The notes: generated from the letters alone by a model not told the origin. DNA of 63,999 bases, filler included, from Octopus bimaculoides (GCF_001194135.2; 6 parts of 5 records of this genome joined end to end with filler, not necessarily neighbours in it); one strand, 5' to 3'. Counted from the first letter of the whole stretch, positions 24,657 through 39,284 are shown. Numbers and translations are program-made.

Positions 24657-26624
24657 TTATTTACATACATATATATATGCATATATGTATATGAATACAC
24701 ACGAACACATACCCCGATAAAAAAAAAGGTGTGGAAGAGAAACTGTCTGCTGCTATAATTCGTATTGCCAGACAAAACAAACATATTAAATGTTTATAAA
24801 TATACTAAAATATCAACTGAATATTTTGATCTTTATTAAGCATTGAAGTACATAGGCATCGATGCTGATATATTTCGATAATCATATTGATATATAGTTT
24901 ACCTGCCAATTCTGATAGATAGACTGAGACCAGTCTCTAACAAAATTTCATACCACAAAATACAATATGGAACTCTAACATATATCTGTTCATCTATTAA
25001 AGTAGATATATATATATATGTATATATATGTTTATATGTTCATATATATATATATATGTTTGTATATGTACATGTATATGTATACAAATACATATATATA
25101 TATATAAATATATATACATATATTTATATTTATATATATGTATATATGTGTGTGTACACACATATATATTACATTTACATATATAGATGTATACTGATAT
25201 ATATATATATATATATGTCCGCATACGTCACACACACATATCCACGCAGAATCATATTTTCTGCCTGACGAAAATATATAAAATATATTTTGGTTTTATC
25301 ATTCTAAAAGTTTTAACTGGAAATATATCGGTAATTTTAGGTAGACGGGAAAATCATTCGATATATTACGATCTTCAATTTAGAAAATTCGAAGTTTTCC
25401 AACTCGATAAAGATCTGATTTCATAAATATACTACGTGTTGAAGTGATATTTATTANNNNNNNNNNNNNNNNNNNNNNNNNNNNNNNNNNNNNNNNNNNN
25501 NNNNNNNNNNNNNNNNNNNNNNNNNNNNNNNNNNNNNNNNNNNNNNNNNNNNNNNNNNNNNNNNNNNNNNNNNNNNNNNNNNNNNNNNNNNNNNNNNNNN
25601 NNNNNNNNNNNNNNNNNNNNNNNNNNNNNNNNNNNNNNNNNNNNNNNNNNNNNNNNNNNNNNNNNNNNNNNNNNNNNNNNNNNNNNNNNNNNNNNNNNNN
25701 NNNNNNNNNNNNNNNNNNNNNNNNNNNNNNNNNNNNNNNNNNNNNNNNNNNNNNNNNNNNNNNNNNNNNNNNNNNNNNNNNNNNNNNNNNNNNNNNNNNN
25801 NNNNNNNNNNNNNNNNNNNNNNNNNNNNNNNNNNNNNNNNNNNNNNNNNNNNNNNNNNNNNNNNNNNNNNNNNNNNNNNNNNNNNNNNNNNNNNNNNNNN
25901 NNNNNNNNNNNNNNNNNNNNNNNNNNNNNNNNNNNNNNNNNNNNNNNNNNNNNNNNNNNNNNNNNNNNNNNNNNNNNNNNNNNNNNNNNNNNNNNNNNNN
26001 NNNNNNNNNNNNNNNNNNNNNNNNNNNNNNNNNNNNNNNNNNNNNNNNNNNNNNNNNNNNNNNNNNNNNNNNNNNNNNNNNNNNNNNNNNNNNNNNNNNN
26101 NNNNNNNNNNNNNNNNNNNNNNNNNNNNNNNNNNNNNNNNNNNNNNNNNNNNNNNATATATCATAACTACCTCCAAGAAGAAGAAAGACTGGAACGTGAA
26201 GATGTGTTCATTGATGAAACCTATCAACAACAAGGCAGCTAAACATTTGATTGTCCTAATATAGTTATCTGTTACCGAAATAGAAAAGTTTACATATTTC
26301 TACTTGGCCATTTAAAAGCATTTTTTTTATTAGATAACACATCTTCCCACAATTGAACGAAATTTCACTTACCTTTCTAAAACAGCAGCAACAAAAATAA
26401 CTTCTACTTATTAGGACTATCTAAATTCTAAGGCCATCGTCAACCTTGTACCACACATTTATGCGTATGCCAAGACTTTACAAAATCTGTTTTGTAGAAG
26501 ACTATCAAGTTGTCTATGCACACAAGTCGCTCCTCTTTATGCTACCGATGTTGCCTGAGAAAAAAGGCAAGGCAAGCGCCGATACAAGTTGACACCTTCT
26601 GACGTTCTACCAGTTCTGACAATT

Positions 26625-26775
26625 CACCGTTCGAGATTGGTAATTTTTATCGATTCAGAAAGGCCGAGAGGTAAATTGGCCTCGGCGAGATTTTAACTCA
26701 TTCAGAACGCAGAGAATCGGAAGAAATACCGCGATGCATTTTATCCTATGCTTTAATGACTCTTACAATTCACCA
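26625..26775 (-). mobile_element. SINE family A copy, degenerate
   Basis: ttttatcgattcagaaaggccgagaggtaaattggcctcggcgagattttaactcattcagaacg. Confidence 0.75.
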
Positions 26776-27132
26776 CTGCCATAATTCATACGCACGTAAT
26801 GTCTAATTACATCTTGTAATTCTCTTCAATCGGGATACGCGATGCTATTATTGCAGTGTAACCGATGTGGCGTATTGTTAAGTTAGATGATAACCAATTT
26901 CCACAACTGTTTTTATTTTTAATGATTTTTGTGTAATGATGAATGGTAGCCTCTCATGACCTATTTGCTGGACCTCCAAGACTGATTGGCAAAAGAGAAG
27001 GTGAAAACAAGACTTATTGGCTGGTTGTCCTTAGAGTGGAGTTCTAGCTCGAATGCTTGCTACAAAGTGAACTCTGCTGAAAGCCCTCAACTGACATGTA
27101 ACAGTGTTAAACTGGATGACTATTAAGCTTAC

Positions 27133-27162
27133 CACTGTTTTGCTTCAGTATCATATCATGGA
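27133..27162 (-). CDS. Candidate 30-nt coding microexon (phase 1-1)
   Basis: Long pyrimidine tract ...cctttactcttctgcaccatttctcc...ccattag, donor G|gtaagc; reads (x)HDMILKQNS. Confidence 0.35.
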
Positions 27163-28189
27163 CTAATGGTGCAGTACCATATCGAGGAGAAATGGTGCAG
27201 AAGAGTAAAGGTAGAAAAAAAAATATCGAAATTAAGTGATAAGCATAAGAATGTGATGCATCAATAGTTCCCACCCATTTACTGTCGCCACCCGTTTTTG
27301 TCTTAGCGATAAACTTCCATTGCATTTTAAAAAGTATTTCATACTTGTCATGGAGAAATAATCCCGTTTTTTGTTAACAGTAAATACGCTGTAGCCCTTA
27401 TGTCTATGGCTTATTGTATAACATATTTACAGACATTTTACATTTTAGCATGAATTTCAAAAGTAAAAAGATTTTATTTTCTGCGAATCACTTAGGTGGA
27501 AACCGCTGAGTTACAGTGCAATGCTGCCGTTGCTTGTGACATTTAATATTCTTTTAATCGTTTCAGAGATTACGGTGCCTTTATCTGCAAAGAAGCATGT
27601 CGATAATTCTTCGGCTTAGATAAAGACGATAATATCTCTTTGAATAAAAAAAAAGTTTGATATTTGTTTTTGAAATATAAATTCTTGTTCTTTAGAATAA
27701 CAACATAGAACTCAATTAAACTGAATTTGTTTTGAAGGTAAATGGAGGTGTAGAACATGTTTTTTTTAAAGATTTAAACTAAATGTGGATACAGATACAA
27801 AGGACATAAGAAAGAGAATCTAACCTTAAAGTGAAATGTTTAAAACTAGCGTAGCTCTACCATCATTGCTTGATATAATAACATAAAAAGCGCATTATAA
27901 CAACATTAAAACACCGGTTCTTTCAGTTGTGGTAATGGCATTCTTCTTGTAAGAAATGTAATAGCGAGCGCTTAAGAATTATGTTTACATAATAAAAGCA
28001 ACGATCATTGAATACTGTTACATTCTAATGGGAAAAATATTTTATTTAATTTCTCTAAAGTCAAAATCATTTTGTTTTACATTCTCACAAAGACAATAAT
28101 GCACATTTAAATAAGGTTGCTGCAATATTTTCTCTTCATCAAACTGTTCTTTTATGAGTGGTGTATCTTACACGACGGTGAGTGCTTAC

Positions 28190-28208
28190 ATTTTACTGTA
28201 CAATCTTT
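28190..28208 (-). CDS. Candidate 19-nt microexon (phase 0-1); alternative donor gives 28172-28208
   Basis: Acceptor gcatttctgcag; donors T|gtaagc and T|gtaaga, both phase 1; reads KDCTVK or KDCTVKCKHSPS; bridges the phase-0 end of the TM exon to the phase-1 exon at 27162. Confidence 0.3.
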
Positions 28209-28459
28209 CTGCAGAAATGCAATATTATAAATAACAGTTCGGTAATGTGAAACAAAACGCCATTCGATTTTCAAATAAGTTCGCTTCAATGAAAAATATC
28301 TGAATTATCCGCTAACATTTTGTTGTTAAAGATGAGCAACATTGCGGTACATTGCTGTTAGCGTTCTATGTGATTAGCAGAAACGCTAGAGCAGCAATCA
28401 AAAATGTTGTAATATTTAGTTACTACTCGTGTTCTTAGTTCTAATCCCACCGAGATCAC

Positions 28460-28829
28460 CTTTGCTTTTGATTCTTTTGTGACGATGAAATAAGTACAAA
28501 TCAACAAAATTAATATAATAAGGGTCGATATAACTGTTGTAATGTGGATTCTCGTCCACTTATATGTTATTGTAGGCACTGTAATATTCTTGTCACCACT
28601 ATTATAATGTGTCTGTATTCCGCATCTTATAATCTTTGACTCGTCTATCGTGCTAACGCTGATAGCTCCGCAAGATAATGACTTTGAAACGTCTACCTTG
28701 ACAGTAACTCGAACTCGTATATAACACGTATCTGACACTGACTCCAACTGAGAACTCCAACTGAGAACAAGGACTCTACTACTACTGTTTTCTTTATTTG
28801 GCACTATGGCCACAACACAGATGGGGACA
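28460..28829 (-). CDS. Candidate exon: beta-rich Cys-containing ectodomain segment, transmembrane helix and basic stop-transfer
   Basis: Within the non-repetitive 175-aa ORF 28358-28885: VPICVVAIV...VLVLSW...CYIRVRVTVKV...IIRCGIQTHYNSGDKNITVP...ITTVISTLIILILLICTYFIVTKESKAK. Acceptor gtctgtccttgtag (alternatives at 28803 and near 28750-28765); donor AAG|gtgatc is weak. An Ig- or FN3-like fold is inference only. Confidence 0.5.
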
Positions 28830-29100
28830 CTACAAGGACAGACACAACACCACAATGGGGACACAAAACATAAACCGAATGACAATGAGATGTTATATAA
28901 TGAAGAAATGAAATGGCTGCATGGGCCCCATAACCATGTAATACCATTTGAATCGTTTATATAAACAATTTACCATCGTTCACTTTTTCTGTGTAATTCT
29001 TAATTATCTGTTTTTTCTCTCTTTTTTTTAAAAATTATATTTATAACAAAAAAACACTTTTTTTTCGTTCTTTTTTTTTAGATTTTTTTTTTTTTTTTTT

Positions 29101-29200
29101 NNNNNNNNNNNNNNNNNNNNNNNNNNNNNNNNNNNNNNNNNNNNTTAATTAATTAANNNNNNNNNNNNNNNNNNNNNNNNNNNNNNNNNNNNNNNNNNNN
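29101..29200. other. Artificial scaffold join: 44 N + TTAATTAATTAA + 44 N (also 45365-45464, 52065-52164, 60919-61018, 62897-62996)
   Basis: Five identical 100-bp constructs; the 12-mer has stops in all six frames. Confidence 0.95.
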
Positions 29201-29295
<95 letters not shown>

Positions 29296-29620
29296 CATAC
29301 ACAAAAACGCACATACATACACACGCACACGCAAACACACAACGTTGTATACGCTAAATATATGTATGTTTATAAATGTCTATGCATATATATACTTGTT
29401 TCTTGTGTACTTAAGTATATACTTGCATAGATGTACATACATACATACATACATACATACATACATACATACATACATACATACATACATAAATAAAACA
29501 TACATACATAAAACATACATGCATACATTCATAAATACATACATGTACGTATATAGACAGACAGAAAGAAGTACCTCATGTATAATGTATAATGGTTATA
29601 GCTTGCAACTTCCCCGTTAC

Positions 29621-29731
29621 TTTAAGAGTCTCGTTGGAGATTCAGAAGAAAGGATGAAAATGTTAACGGGCGTATCGCTGATTTTTACAGTTACATCTGC
29701 TAATGCGATTCTATACCTGTATGACGTGCAC
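29621..29731 (-). CDS. Candidate exon (phase 2-2, 111 nt)
   Basis: Open: CTSYRYRIALADVTVKISDTPVNIFILSSESPTRLL; donor AA|gtaacg; phase matches the acceptor at 28829; its own acceptor has a poor pyrimidine tract. Confidence 0.25.
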
Positions 29732-30290
29732 CTGCAATGCCTTCCTTATTAAACTATTCATACATATACGACACTTGATTGGCAACTGAATACACTTCAT
29801 ACACTTCCATACTCTTCATATTATTTAATTGTTTGCTTATTTTTATATTAATCTCATTCTCTGTATCTTCTTTTTTTAAACATATAATTCATTAGTTTAA
29901 TACAATGGGATGACCAACCAAATTGTTTGAAACATCTTTATGATGAACAGAGTTTACTTCTTGACTTCAGCTTTTGGTTTTATTGTATTCCTTTTATTTT
30001 ATAGGATTCATTTTTTCCGGATTCGTATTTATCTACAGTCATCGCTACTTTAATGTATACCATATATGATAATTCTAATACTTGTAAAAAGAGGAATCTG
30101 CCGAATATATTTATTGTCTGTGGCTATATAACTAAACTATCTGCTTCTATGAAATATATGAAATATATGAAATATATGAAGTGTAGGCTCTTTTGACTTA
30201 TCGGTGAGTGCGTGTGTGTGTGTATATATATATATATATGTGTGTGCGTGTGTGTGTGTATGTGTGTGTGTGTGTATGTGAGTGTGTGTA

Positions 30291-30364
<74 letters not shown>

Positions 30365-30575
30365 TGCATATATGCATACATACATATATACCCATACATA
30401 TTACTGATGTATACATATAAATATATCTATACACAGATGTATGTATATTTGGGAGTTAGTGATATATATGTGTGCGTGTGTGTGGGTAGGTGTGTATTTG
30501 TGCGAGTGAGATACATGTGTGCGTATTTGTGTTTTCATGCATACAGAGAAACCAAATAAAATTAGCAATACAGCG

Positions 30576-30607
<32 letters not shown>

Positions 30608-30611
30608 CATA

Positions 30612-30649
<38 letters not shown>

Positions 30650-31356
30650 GTGTAGCCATTCCGCGTTCTGAAAACGAAGCACTCAAACGTATAAACATAT
30701 AAAACGCAAAAATGAAAAACGCAGAAAAACAAAACAAAAATACAGAAATGAGAAAACAGAAAAAAGAAACAAAAACATTCCCATAGCAACAAAAAGAGTA
30801 TGTCTCCTCGTAAGAAATCGATATAACCAATGTAATATATTTTAAAATTTTCTTTCGAAACCAGTCATATCACTAAGATATTACTAAAAGCTTAAAGACA
30901 TTAATCTTCGCTTAATTTGACCTTAAATTTTATATTATTTTCTTCGTATTCCTATCTTCGATGTTTTTAAATCTTACATTTTTCGTTCCGTTATCTAATA
31001 ATTCTTTGAAATTTCTTTCTGTCTTTTATTGTATATTTTTATTAAATTTAGTTATTTTATTTTTGTTTTAACTTTTCACTTATTCTCTCATTTTGAATAA
31101 ATTTTATTGAAATTGCTTTTTCTTCGTATATTTATTTTATATATAAAAAAAAATATTCTTGTTTTTCCCACATGCCAATCTATCTGGCCACACACACACA
31201 CACATACACACACATACATACGCTGACACACGCACATGCATAACACACAGACACACTCATATATAATTGTATATATATATAATTGTATATATATATATAT
31301 ATATATACATACCTTTCCACATACTCATATACATATTCACATATCGATATACATTC

Positions 31357-31407
<51 letters not shown>

Positions 31408-32497
31408 TTTGTCTATGCATATATGTGCGTATGTATATATGGATATACTTTCGTATATACATACATATATATATATATGTGCTTATATGTATATACATAT
31501 ATTTAGGCATGCATGCATGCATGCATGTATTGTACGCTCCCTATTCAGTCTTTGTCCCATCCATTTTCTCTCTTTACGACTTTGTGTCTTTCTCTTTCTC
31601 ATCAACCTTTAACCAGTACCTAACTATACTTACCTAACTTAAAATGTAAAAAAAATTATAACAAAATAAATAGATAAAACAATCCAAAAATTTTTGATAT
31701 TCTCAAATTTTTTGAATTTGTTCCGCATTATTACAAAAAGACACATAAAAAAGAAAGAAAAAAGGATCGACGACATCTGCATCAAAACAAAGCCAAAATT
31801 AACAACATCGCCGTCGTCATCATCATCACCATAATCGTCGTCATCATCATCATCATGAACAACATCATCATCATCAATAACAACATTAACAAGAAGGGTA
31901 AGATGTATCGTAGAAGCCCAGAACTAGCATAGAATCGATGCAGAACTTGCAGAGATTCGACATTGGCTTACATTTCATTTCGTTCTCTCATTCAATCAAA
32001 TCAAGACTGTACATCTTTGTTTTATTCCTTAGCTTATTTAATTCGTTCCATTATTTTTTTCTTTTTTATATATATAGTTGTTTTAATTTTTATGCTCTAC
32101 TGTTTTTCATTTATTTTACTATATAACTTCTACATTTTCTTCATAGATTTCGTCTTCCAATTTGTCATCTTCTTCTCCTTCTTCTTCTTCTTCTTCTTCT
32201 TCTTCTTCTTCTTCATCGCCTCCTCCTCCTCCTTCTCTATTCCTCCTCTTCGTCTTCATCGCATCCTTCATCTTTCTCCCCATTTTCATTTCTACTTTCA
32301 TCTCCTCCTTTTCTTCTTCTTCCTCCTCCTCCTCCGCCTCCTCATCTTCTTCATCGTCTTCTGGAGTACCAACATATATGATTAGAATGAAAATATATAC
32401 AACTGTGTGTCTCAGACAGTAAAGAAAAAACGCAGAACAATTAAGAGGAATCGTATATATGAGCGTGCATGTGCTTGTGCCTTTGTTTATGTCTGTG

Positions 32498-32532
<35 letters not shown>

Positions 32533-33350
32533 NNNNNNNNNNNNNNNNNNNNNNNNNNNNNNNNNNNNNNNNNNNNNNNNNNNNNNNNNNNNNNNNNNNN
32601 NNNNNNNNNNNNNNNNNNNNNNNNNNNNNNNNNNNNNNNNNNNNNNNNNNNNNNNNNNNNNNNNNNNNNNNNNNNNNNNNNNNNNNNNNNNNNNNNNNNN
32701 NNNNNNNNNNNNNNNNNNNNNNNNNNNNNNNNNNNNNNNNNNNNNNNNNNNNNNNNNNNNNNNNNNNNNNNNNNNNNNNNNNNNNNNNNNNNNNNNNNNN
32801 NNNNNNNNNNNNNNNNNNNNNNNNNNNNNNNNNNNNNNNNNNNNNNNNNNNNNNNNNNNNNNNNNNNNNNNNNNNNNNNNNNNNNNNNNNNNNNNNNNNN
32901 NNNNNNNNNNNNNNNNNNNNNNNNNNNNNNNNNNNNNNNNNNNTATATATATATGTGTGTGTGTGTCTGTGTATGTGTGTATGTGTGTGTGTATGTGCGT
33001 GTGTGTATGCACGTGCATATGTGTGTATGCGGACATTTATATAATCACACTCTTATACACACACAGATATAGCCGTATATATGTATGTATACGTTTATTA
33101 AAATACATCAGCGATAGACAACGGAACAAATAAAAGGAAACTGCATAAACTACAAAATAAAAAGAATACAATAAAGAAATACAATAAATAAATAAATATA
33201 TGAATAAATAGAAATTAAAGCCCCAAATAAAGAGACAAAAAATAATAAAAAATCTAAAACAAATATTACAAAGTCTGAAGAAAAATATTTGAAAAAATAG
33301 CCGAAAGAAAAAGAAAAAAATGACTAAAATAAAATAAAAGCTATTGATAC

Positions 33351-33448
33351 AAACGATGTGCAATTGCTAAGAGAAACGCTATTAGGAATGCAATGCAGGA
33401 TATATTGGACGTAGAAGTATACAAGTTCAATCGGATTCGATGCTGTTT
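33351..33448 (-). CDS. Candidate exon after a very strong acceptor; frame uncertain
   Basis: tttctttcttttcttttattttactatttcag, then either KQHRIRLNLYTSTSNISCIAFLIAFLLAIAHR (phase 0-2, hydrophobic) or TASNPIELVYFYVQYILHCIPNSVSLSNCTSF (phase 1-0); donor gtatca is weak. Confidence 0.2.
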
Positions 33449-33610
33449 CTGAAATAGTAAAATAAAAGAAAAGAAAGAAAAGGAAAATTATAAACTAAGA
33501 TAGTAACATGGAAGAAGAAAAGGAAGAAGACGAAGAAGAAGAAGAAGAAGAAGAAGAAGAAGAAGAAGAAGAAGAAGAAGAAGAAGAGGAACATGAAGTA
33601 GTATTAGTAT

Positions 33611-33662
<52 letters not shown>

Positions 33663-33675
33663 NNNNNNNNNNTAT

Positions 33676-33733
<58 letters not shown>

Positions 33734-34095
33734 TGAAATGAGAACAATAAGACGACGACGACGACGATGACGATAATGATGATGATAATGGTAATGATAA
33801 TAAAAATAATGCTAATAATAATAATAATAATAATGATGATAATAATAATAATAATATAAAGGATAACTATAACCAATAAACAAAATAAGCAACACGAATC
33901 AAAAATAATTTATAAGACAAAAATTTAAGATGTATTGAAAAATTAAAAATCAAAAGAAAGCATTTATGCGAACGTGTGCACGCGCGCCCAAGTGCGTGTA
34001 TATATATGTATATATATATGTGTGTGTGTGTATGTGTATATATAAGCATATATATGCACATATATATATGTATATAAATATATAGTTATTTATAC

Positions 34096-34153
<58 letters not shown>

Positions 34154-34793
34154 ACAAGTGCATATACATTATATATGTGAAAGTATTCATATAGCTCTCA
34201 TTTATATATATACATATACATGCATAAACGCCCGCGTGTGCACACATACACGCACACATGTTTATGTACATACATATATATATATCCATAAGATGAAATG
34301 AAATTATATACAATAAAAAAAATGTACACAAGTAAGAAAAAATATTTAAAAAAAGCCATGACAATAATACCAGCAGCAGTATCAAGCACAACAATAAAAA
34401 CAGCAACAACAAGGGAAACAACAGCGATGATGAACAACAAAGATCTTTCATTGAAGATAGTAATGGCAATCTTATAGTTCGATAGAAAACAAAGTGTGTC
34501 TCGTGTTGATTACAAAATGTGTGTATGGATGTATAAAGACTATGATTTCCTGTTGAATGTGTGTCAGTCATAAGTCTGATTATATCTTACTCGCTCGTGT
34601 GTGTCTGTGAATTTATGTGTTGTTTGTTTGTTTTGTTGGTGTGTGTTGATCTGTGACAGTATGTGCGTGTTTAGATGTCTAGAGATGTGTGTGTGTCTAT
34701 GTAAGCGTGTGCCCTTGCTAATTTGTTTCATGTATGTTGATATTGATAGTTGTATACGTATGCTGATGTTTTGTTTCTCACATTCTTTCTCAT

Positions 34794-34824
<31 letters not shown>

Positions 34825-36944
34825 NNNNNNNNNNNNNNNNNNNNNNNNNNNNNNNNNNNNNNNNNNNNNNNNNNNNNNNNNNNNNNNNNNNNNNNNNNNN
34901 NNNNNNNNNNNNNNNNNNNNNNNNNNNNNNNNNNNNNNNNNNNNNNNNNNNNNNNNNNNNNNNNNNNNNNNNNNNNNNNNNNNNNNNNNNNNNNNNNNNN
35001 NNNNNNNNNNNNNNNNNNNNNNNNNNNNNNNNNNNNNNNNNNNNNNNNNNNNNNNNNNNNNNNNNNNNNNNNNNNNNNNNNNNNNNNNNNNNNNNNNNNN
35101 NNNNNNNNNNNNNNNNNNNNNNNNNNNNNNNNNNNNNNNNNNNNNNNNNNNNNNNNNNNNNNNNNNNNNNNNNNNNNNNNNNNNNNNNNNNNNNNNNTAT
35201 ATATATGTATGTATATATATATATGTAAAAACATATTTGAACATACAGATGTGTATATGTACATATATGTCTACATTCATTAATGTACATACATATACTT
35301 ATATATATCTACTCGTATACGCACGAATGTATATATATTTGTGTGTGTTGGTGTGTGGTGTGTATGTGTGTTTGCGCGTGTGTATGTGAATGTGTGTGTG
35401 AGTGTATGTGTGTGTATACGAAATTAAGTGTGAATGCAGGCATGTGGTGGCATATAAAGTGGGAACAGTATGTATATTTTCATACAACGAAACATATGGT
35501 ACAGTCATGCTTACCTATAATCTGGCAAGTAATCACACATATACACATAAGCGTATACTCGAAAAAACACACTCACACGTACATTCACTCGTACACATAT
35601 ATACCCATATATTATATACTGCGTATCTTCTGATATTTGATAAGAAAATATGTATGTGTATATATATATATATATATATATNNNNNNNNNNNNNNNNNNN
35701 NNNNNNNNNNNNNNNNNNNNNNNNNNNNNNNNNNNNNNNNNNNNNNNNNNNNNNNNNNNNNNNNNNNNNNNNNNNNNNNNNNNNNNNNNNNNNNNNNNNN
35801 NNNNNNNNNNNNNNNNNNNNNNNNNNNNNNNNNNNNNNNNNNNNNNNNNNNNNNNNNNNNNNNNNNNNNNNNNNNNNNNNNNNNNNNNNNNNNNNNNNNN
35901 NNNNNNNNNNNNNNNNNNNNNNNNNNNNNNNNNNNNNNNNNNNNNNNNNNNNNNNNNNNNNNNNNNNNNNNNNNNNNNNNNNNNNNNNNNNNNNNNNNNN
36001 NNNNNNNNNNNNNNNNNNNNNNNNNNNNNNNNNNNNNNNNNNNNNNNNNNNNNNNNNNNNNNNNNNNNNNNNNNNNNNNNNNNNNNNNNNNNNNNNNNNN
36101 NNNNNNNNNNNNNNNNNNNNNNNNNNNNNNNNNNNNNNNNNNNNNNNNNNNNNNNNNNNNNNNNNNNNNNNNNNNNNNNNNNNNNNNNNNNNNNNNNNNN
36201 NNNNNNNNNNNNNNNNNNNNNNNNNNNNNNNNNNNNNNNNNNNNNNNNNNNNNNNNNNNNNNNNNNNNNNNNNNNNNNNNNNNNNNNNNNNNNNNNNNNN
36301 NNNNNNNNNNNNNNNNNNNNNNNNNNNNNNNNNNNNNNNNNNNNNNNNNNNNNNNNNNNNNNNNNNNNNNNNNNNNNNNNNNNNNNNNNNNNNNNNNNNN
36401 NNNNNNNNNNNNNNNNNNNNNNNNNNNNNNNNNNNNNNNNNNNNNNNNNNNNNNNNNNNNNNNNNNNNNNNNNNNTATATATATATATATATATATATGT
36501 TATCTAGATGTAAACCCACACACACATATATATATATATATGCGCGTACAATGTATATGTACGTCTGTTTCTTGTATGAGTTGTATGTGTGTGTTGTTGA
36601 GTACTGTTTTGTGCGGATGTCTTATGTTTTATCTGCTATCATACAGATTGGAATGGCATATAAAATATATTTTATCTTTATTTATTGATGTAAGTAATGT
36701 AAATATACATCAGCAATACGCGTAATTGTGTGTTGTGTTCGGGTCCTTATGTGTGTGCATGCGTGTATGCGTATTTTGTGTGTGCCTCTAATTTTATAGC
36801 GCATTAATCTATACATACATAGCGTTATAATTTTATATGTAAATCATCATCATCATAAATGTGTATATAATATTTTAAAGTAGAATAATATAAACACATT
36901 TAAATATAAATATAAATATCTGTGTGTGTGTGTGTGTGTTTGAG

Positions 36945-37070
36945 TGCGAGGTCGACATTGTCTTTCACTCTTTCGAGTTCGATAGGATACGTACCAGCTG
37001 AGGAGTAGGGTCGATGTTATTGACTTACCTCCTCCCTCAAAACTGGTAGCCTTATGCCAAAATTTGAAAC
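36945..37070 (+). mobile_element. SINE family A, 3' half
   Basis: gaggtcgacattgtctttcactctttcgagttcgataggatacgtaccag...gggtcgatgttattgact. Confidence 0.75.
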
Positions 37071-37083
37071 AAAGACATATGTA

Positions 37084-37142
<59 letters not shown>

Positions 37143-37157
37143 CTCTCTCTCTCTCTG

Positions 37158-37195
<38 letters not shown>

Positions 37196-37978
37196 NNNNN
37201 NNNNNNNNNNNNNNNNNNNNNNNNNNNNNNNNNNNNNNNNNNNNNNNNNNNNNNNNNNNNNNNNNNNNNNNNNNNNNNNNNNNNNNNNNNNNNNNNNNNN
37301 NNNNNNNNNNNNNNNNNNNNNNNNNNNNNNNNNNNNNNNNNNNNNNNNNNNNNNNNNNNNNNNNNNNNNNNNNNNNNNNNNNNNNNNNNNNNNNNNNNNN
37401 NNNNNNNNNNNNNNNNNNNNNNNNNNNNNNNNNNNNNNNNNNNNNNNNNNNNNNNNNNNNNNNNNNNNNNNNNNNNNNNNNNNNNNNNNNNNNNNNNNNN
37501 NNNNNNNNNNNNNNNNNNNNNNNNNNNNNNNNNNNNNNNNNNNNNNNNNNNNNNNNNNNNNNNNNNNNNNNNNNNNNNNNNNNNNNNNNNNNNNNNNNNN
37601 NNNNNNNNNNNNNNNNNNNNNNNNNNNNNNNNNNNNNNNNNNNNNNNNNNNNNNNNNNNNNNNNNNNNNNNNNNNNNNNNNNNNNNNNNNNNNNNNNNNN
37701 NNNNNNNNNNNNNNNNNNNNNNNNNNNNNNNNNNNNNNNNNNNNNNNNNNNNNNNNNNNNNNNNNNNNNNNNNNNNNNNNNNNNNNNNNNNNNNNNNNNN
37801 NNNNNNNNNNNNNNNNNNNNNNNNNNNNNNNNNNNNNNNNNNNNNNNNNNNNNNNNNNNNNNNNNNNNNNNNNNNNNNNNNNNNNNNNNNNNNNNNNNNN
37901 NNNNNNNNNNNNNNNNNNNNNNNNNNNNNNNNNNNNNNNNNNNNNNNNNNNNNNNNNNNNNNNNNNNNNNNNNNNNNN

Positions 37979-38031
<53 letters not shown>

Positions 38032-39054
38032 TAGATAGATAGATATAGATAGATAGATACTACATACATATATATATTTTTGTATATACATACGTGCAAG
38101 CTTCTGTTTGTGCGAGTGTAAGTCTACGTATATTGTAAATCCATACATACACCCACACACATTGACATTTGTATATGTGTGTATATACATATACATACAT
38201 GAGTACATATCTATCTATTTACCTATCTATATCTCTCTCTATATATATGCATGAGTTTGTAAATGTATGCACACACACATATATATATAGATATTCATAC
38301 ACACCGATATAAACTACTCTTTTACCTTTGTTTTCCATTTGCGTGTGTTTTGGACTTTGTGTCTCTGCGTACATGTGTTCATGTTTGGAAAATCGTGTTG
38401 ACTGTATTCTGTTGATTATATATTTGTAGATTAAAAGAAAATGAATAGAATACGTGTCTTTGATTTTCTCTGAAATTAGATGAGAATGAAATCGTGGAAT
38501 AAATTATACACAACTGAAAAGCCAAAATTTAATTGTAATAATTCAGAGTATAACGTTTGATGTTGTTGTTTAACTTTAACTCAAACATGACCGACCAAAA
38601 ATGTTGCTAGCAAAACCGCCTTATGTTATCTATCTGTGTCTGTATGAAAATTCAGTTATGAACATGATAAGATCTGCTTTTAAGGTGATCTGATTAGTAT
38701 TTCTAACCGAGACCTTCACAGTGAAAGGAAATGTCATTATTTTTTGTGATATTATTTTTAGTCGAAAGTTACCTCTGAACAAAACAAGCTTGAGTGGAAA
38801 TGTATTGATACCAATTCAAGCATTGCAGACGGTAGACATTACTGAAATCCCTGATAAGCTGTGGTCTTCGTCTCGAGAAAACGTCTCATGTAGACGTACA
38901 GTTTTAAAGAACACTGATATATATCAGTAGCTGACGAAAATCGTCTAGTAGCTAACCACATGCTATGCCCAAATCAGCCTCTAATGATATAGTAAAACAG
39001 TTGTCAAAAACACACTGTTGTCTCAAAAGCCAGTTGACTGAATAAAAATTATTA

Positions 39055-39157
39055 AGATGATGACCTCGTTGGAAGTTGAACTTAGAATGTAAAGTGGGAC
39101 AGAATACCATTAAATACTTTGCCCGGCATGCTAACGATTCTGCCAGATAGCCGACTT
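39055..39157 (-). mobile_element. SINE family A, 5' half, abutting (TAA)n
   Basis: gacctcgttggaagttgaacttagaatgt...gcccggcatgctaacgattctgccag. Confidence 0.8.
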
Positions 39158-39158
39158 C

Positions 39159-39201
<43 letters not shown>

Positions 39202-39224
39202 CAATAATAATAATAGTAATAATA

Positions 39225-39284
<60 letters not shown>

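Noticed and set aside
26157-26246. Protein-like plus-strand stretch YHNYLQEEERLEREDVFIDETYQQQGS*
   Set aside because: It starts at a gap, has no visible acceptor or homology, and is too short to assess.
29145-29156. TTAATTAATTAA recurring five times, superficially like a regulatory or repeat motif
   Set aside because: It is always centred in exactly 44 N + 44 N, so it is an artificial six-frame-stop spacer.
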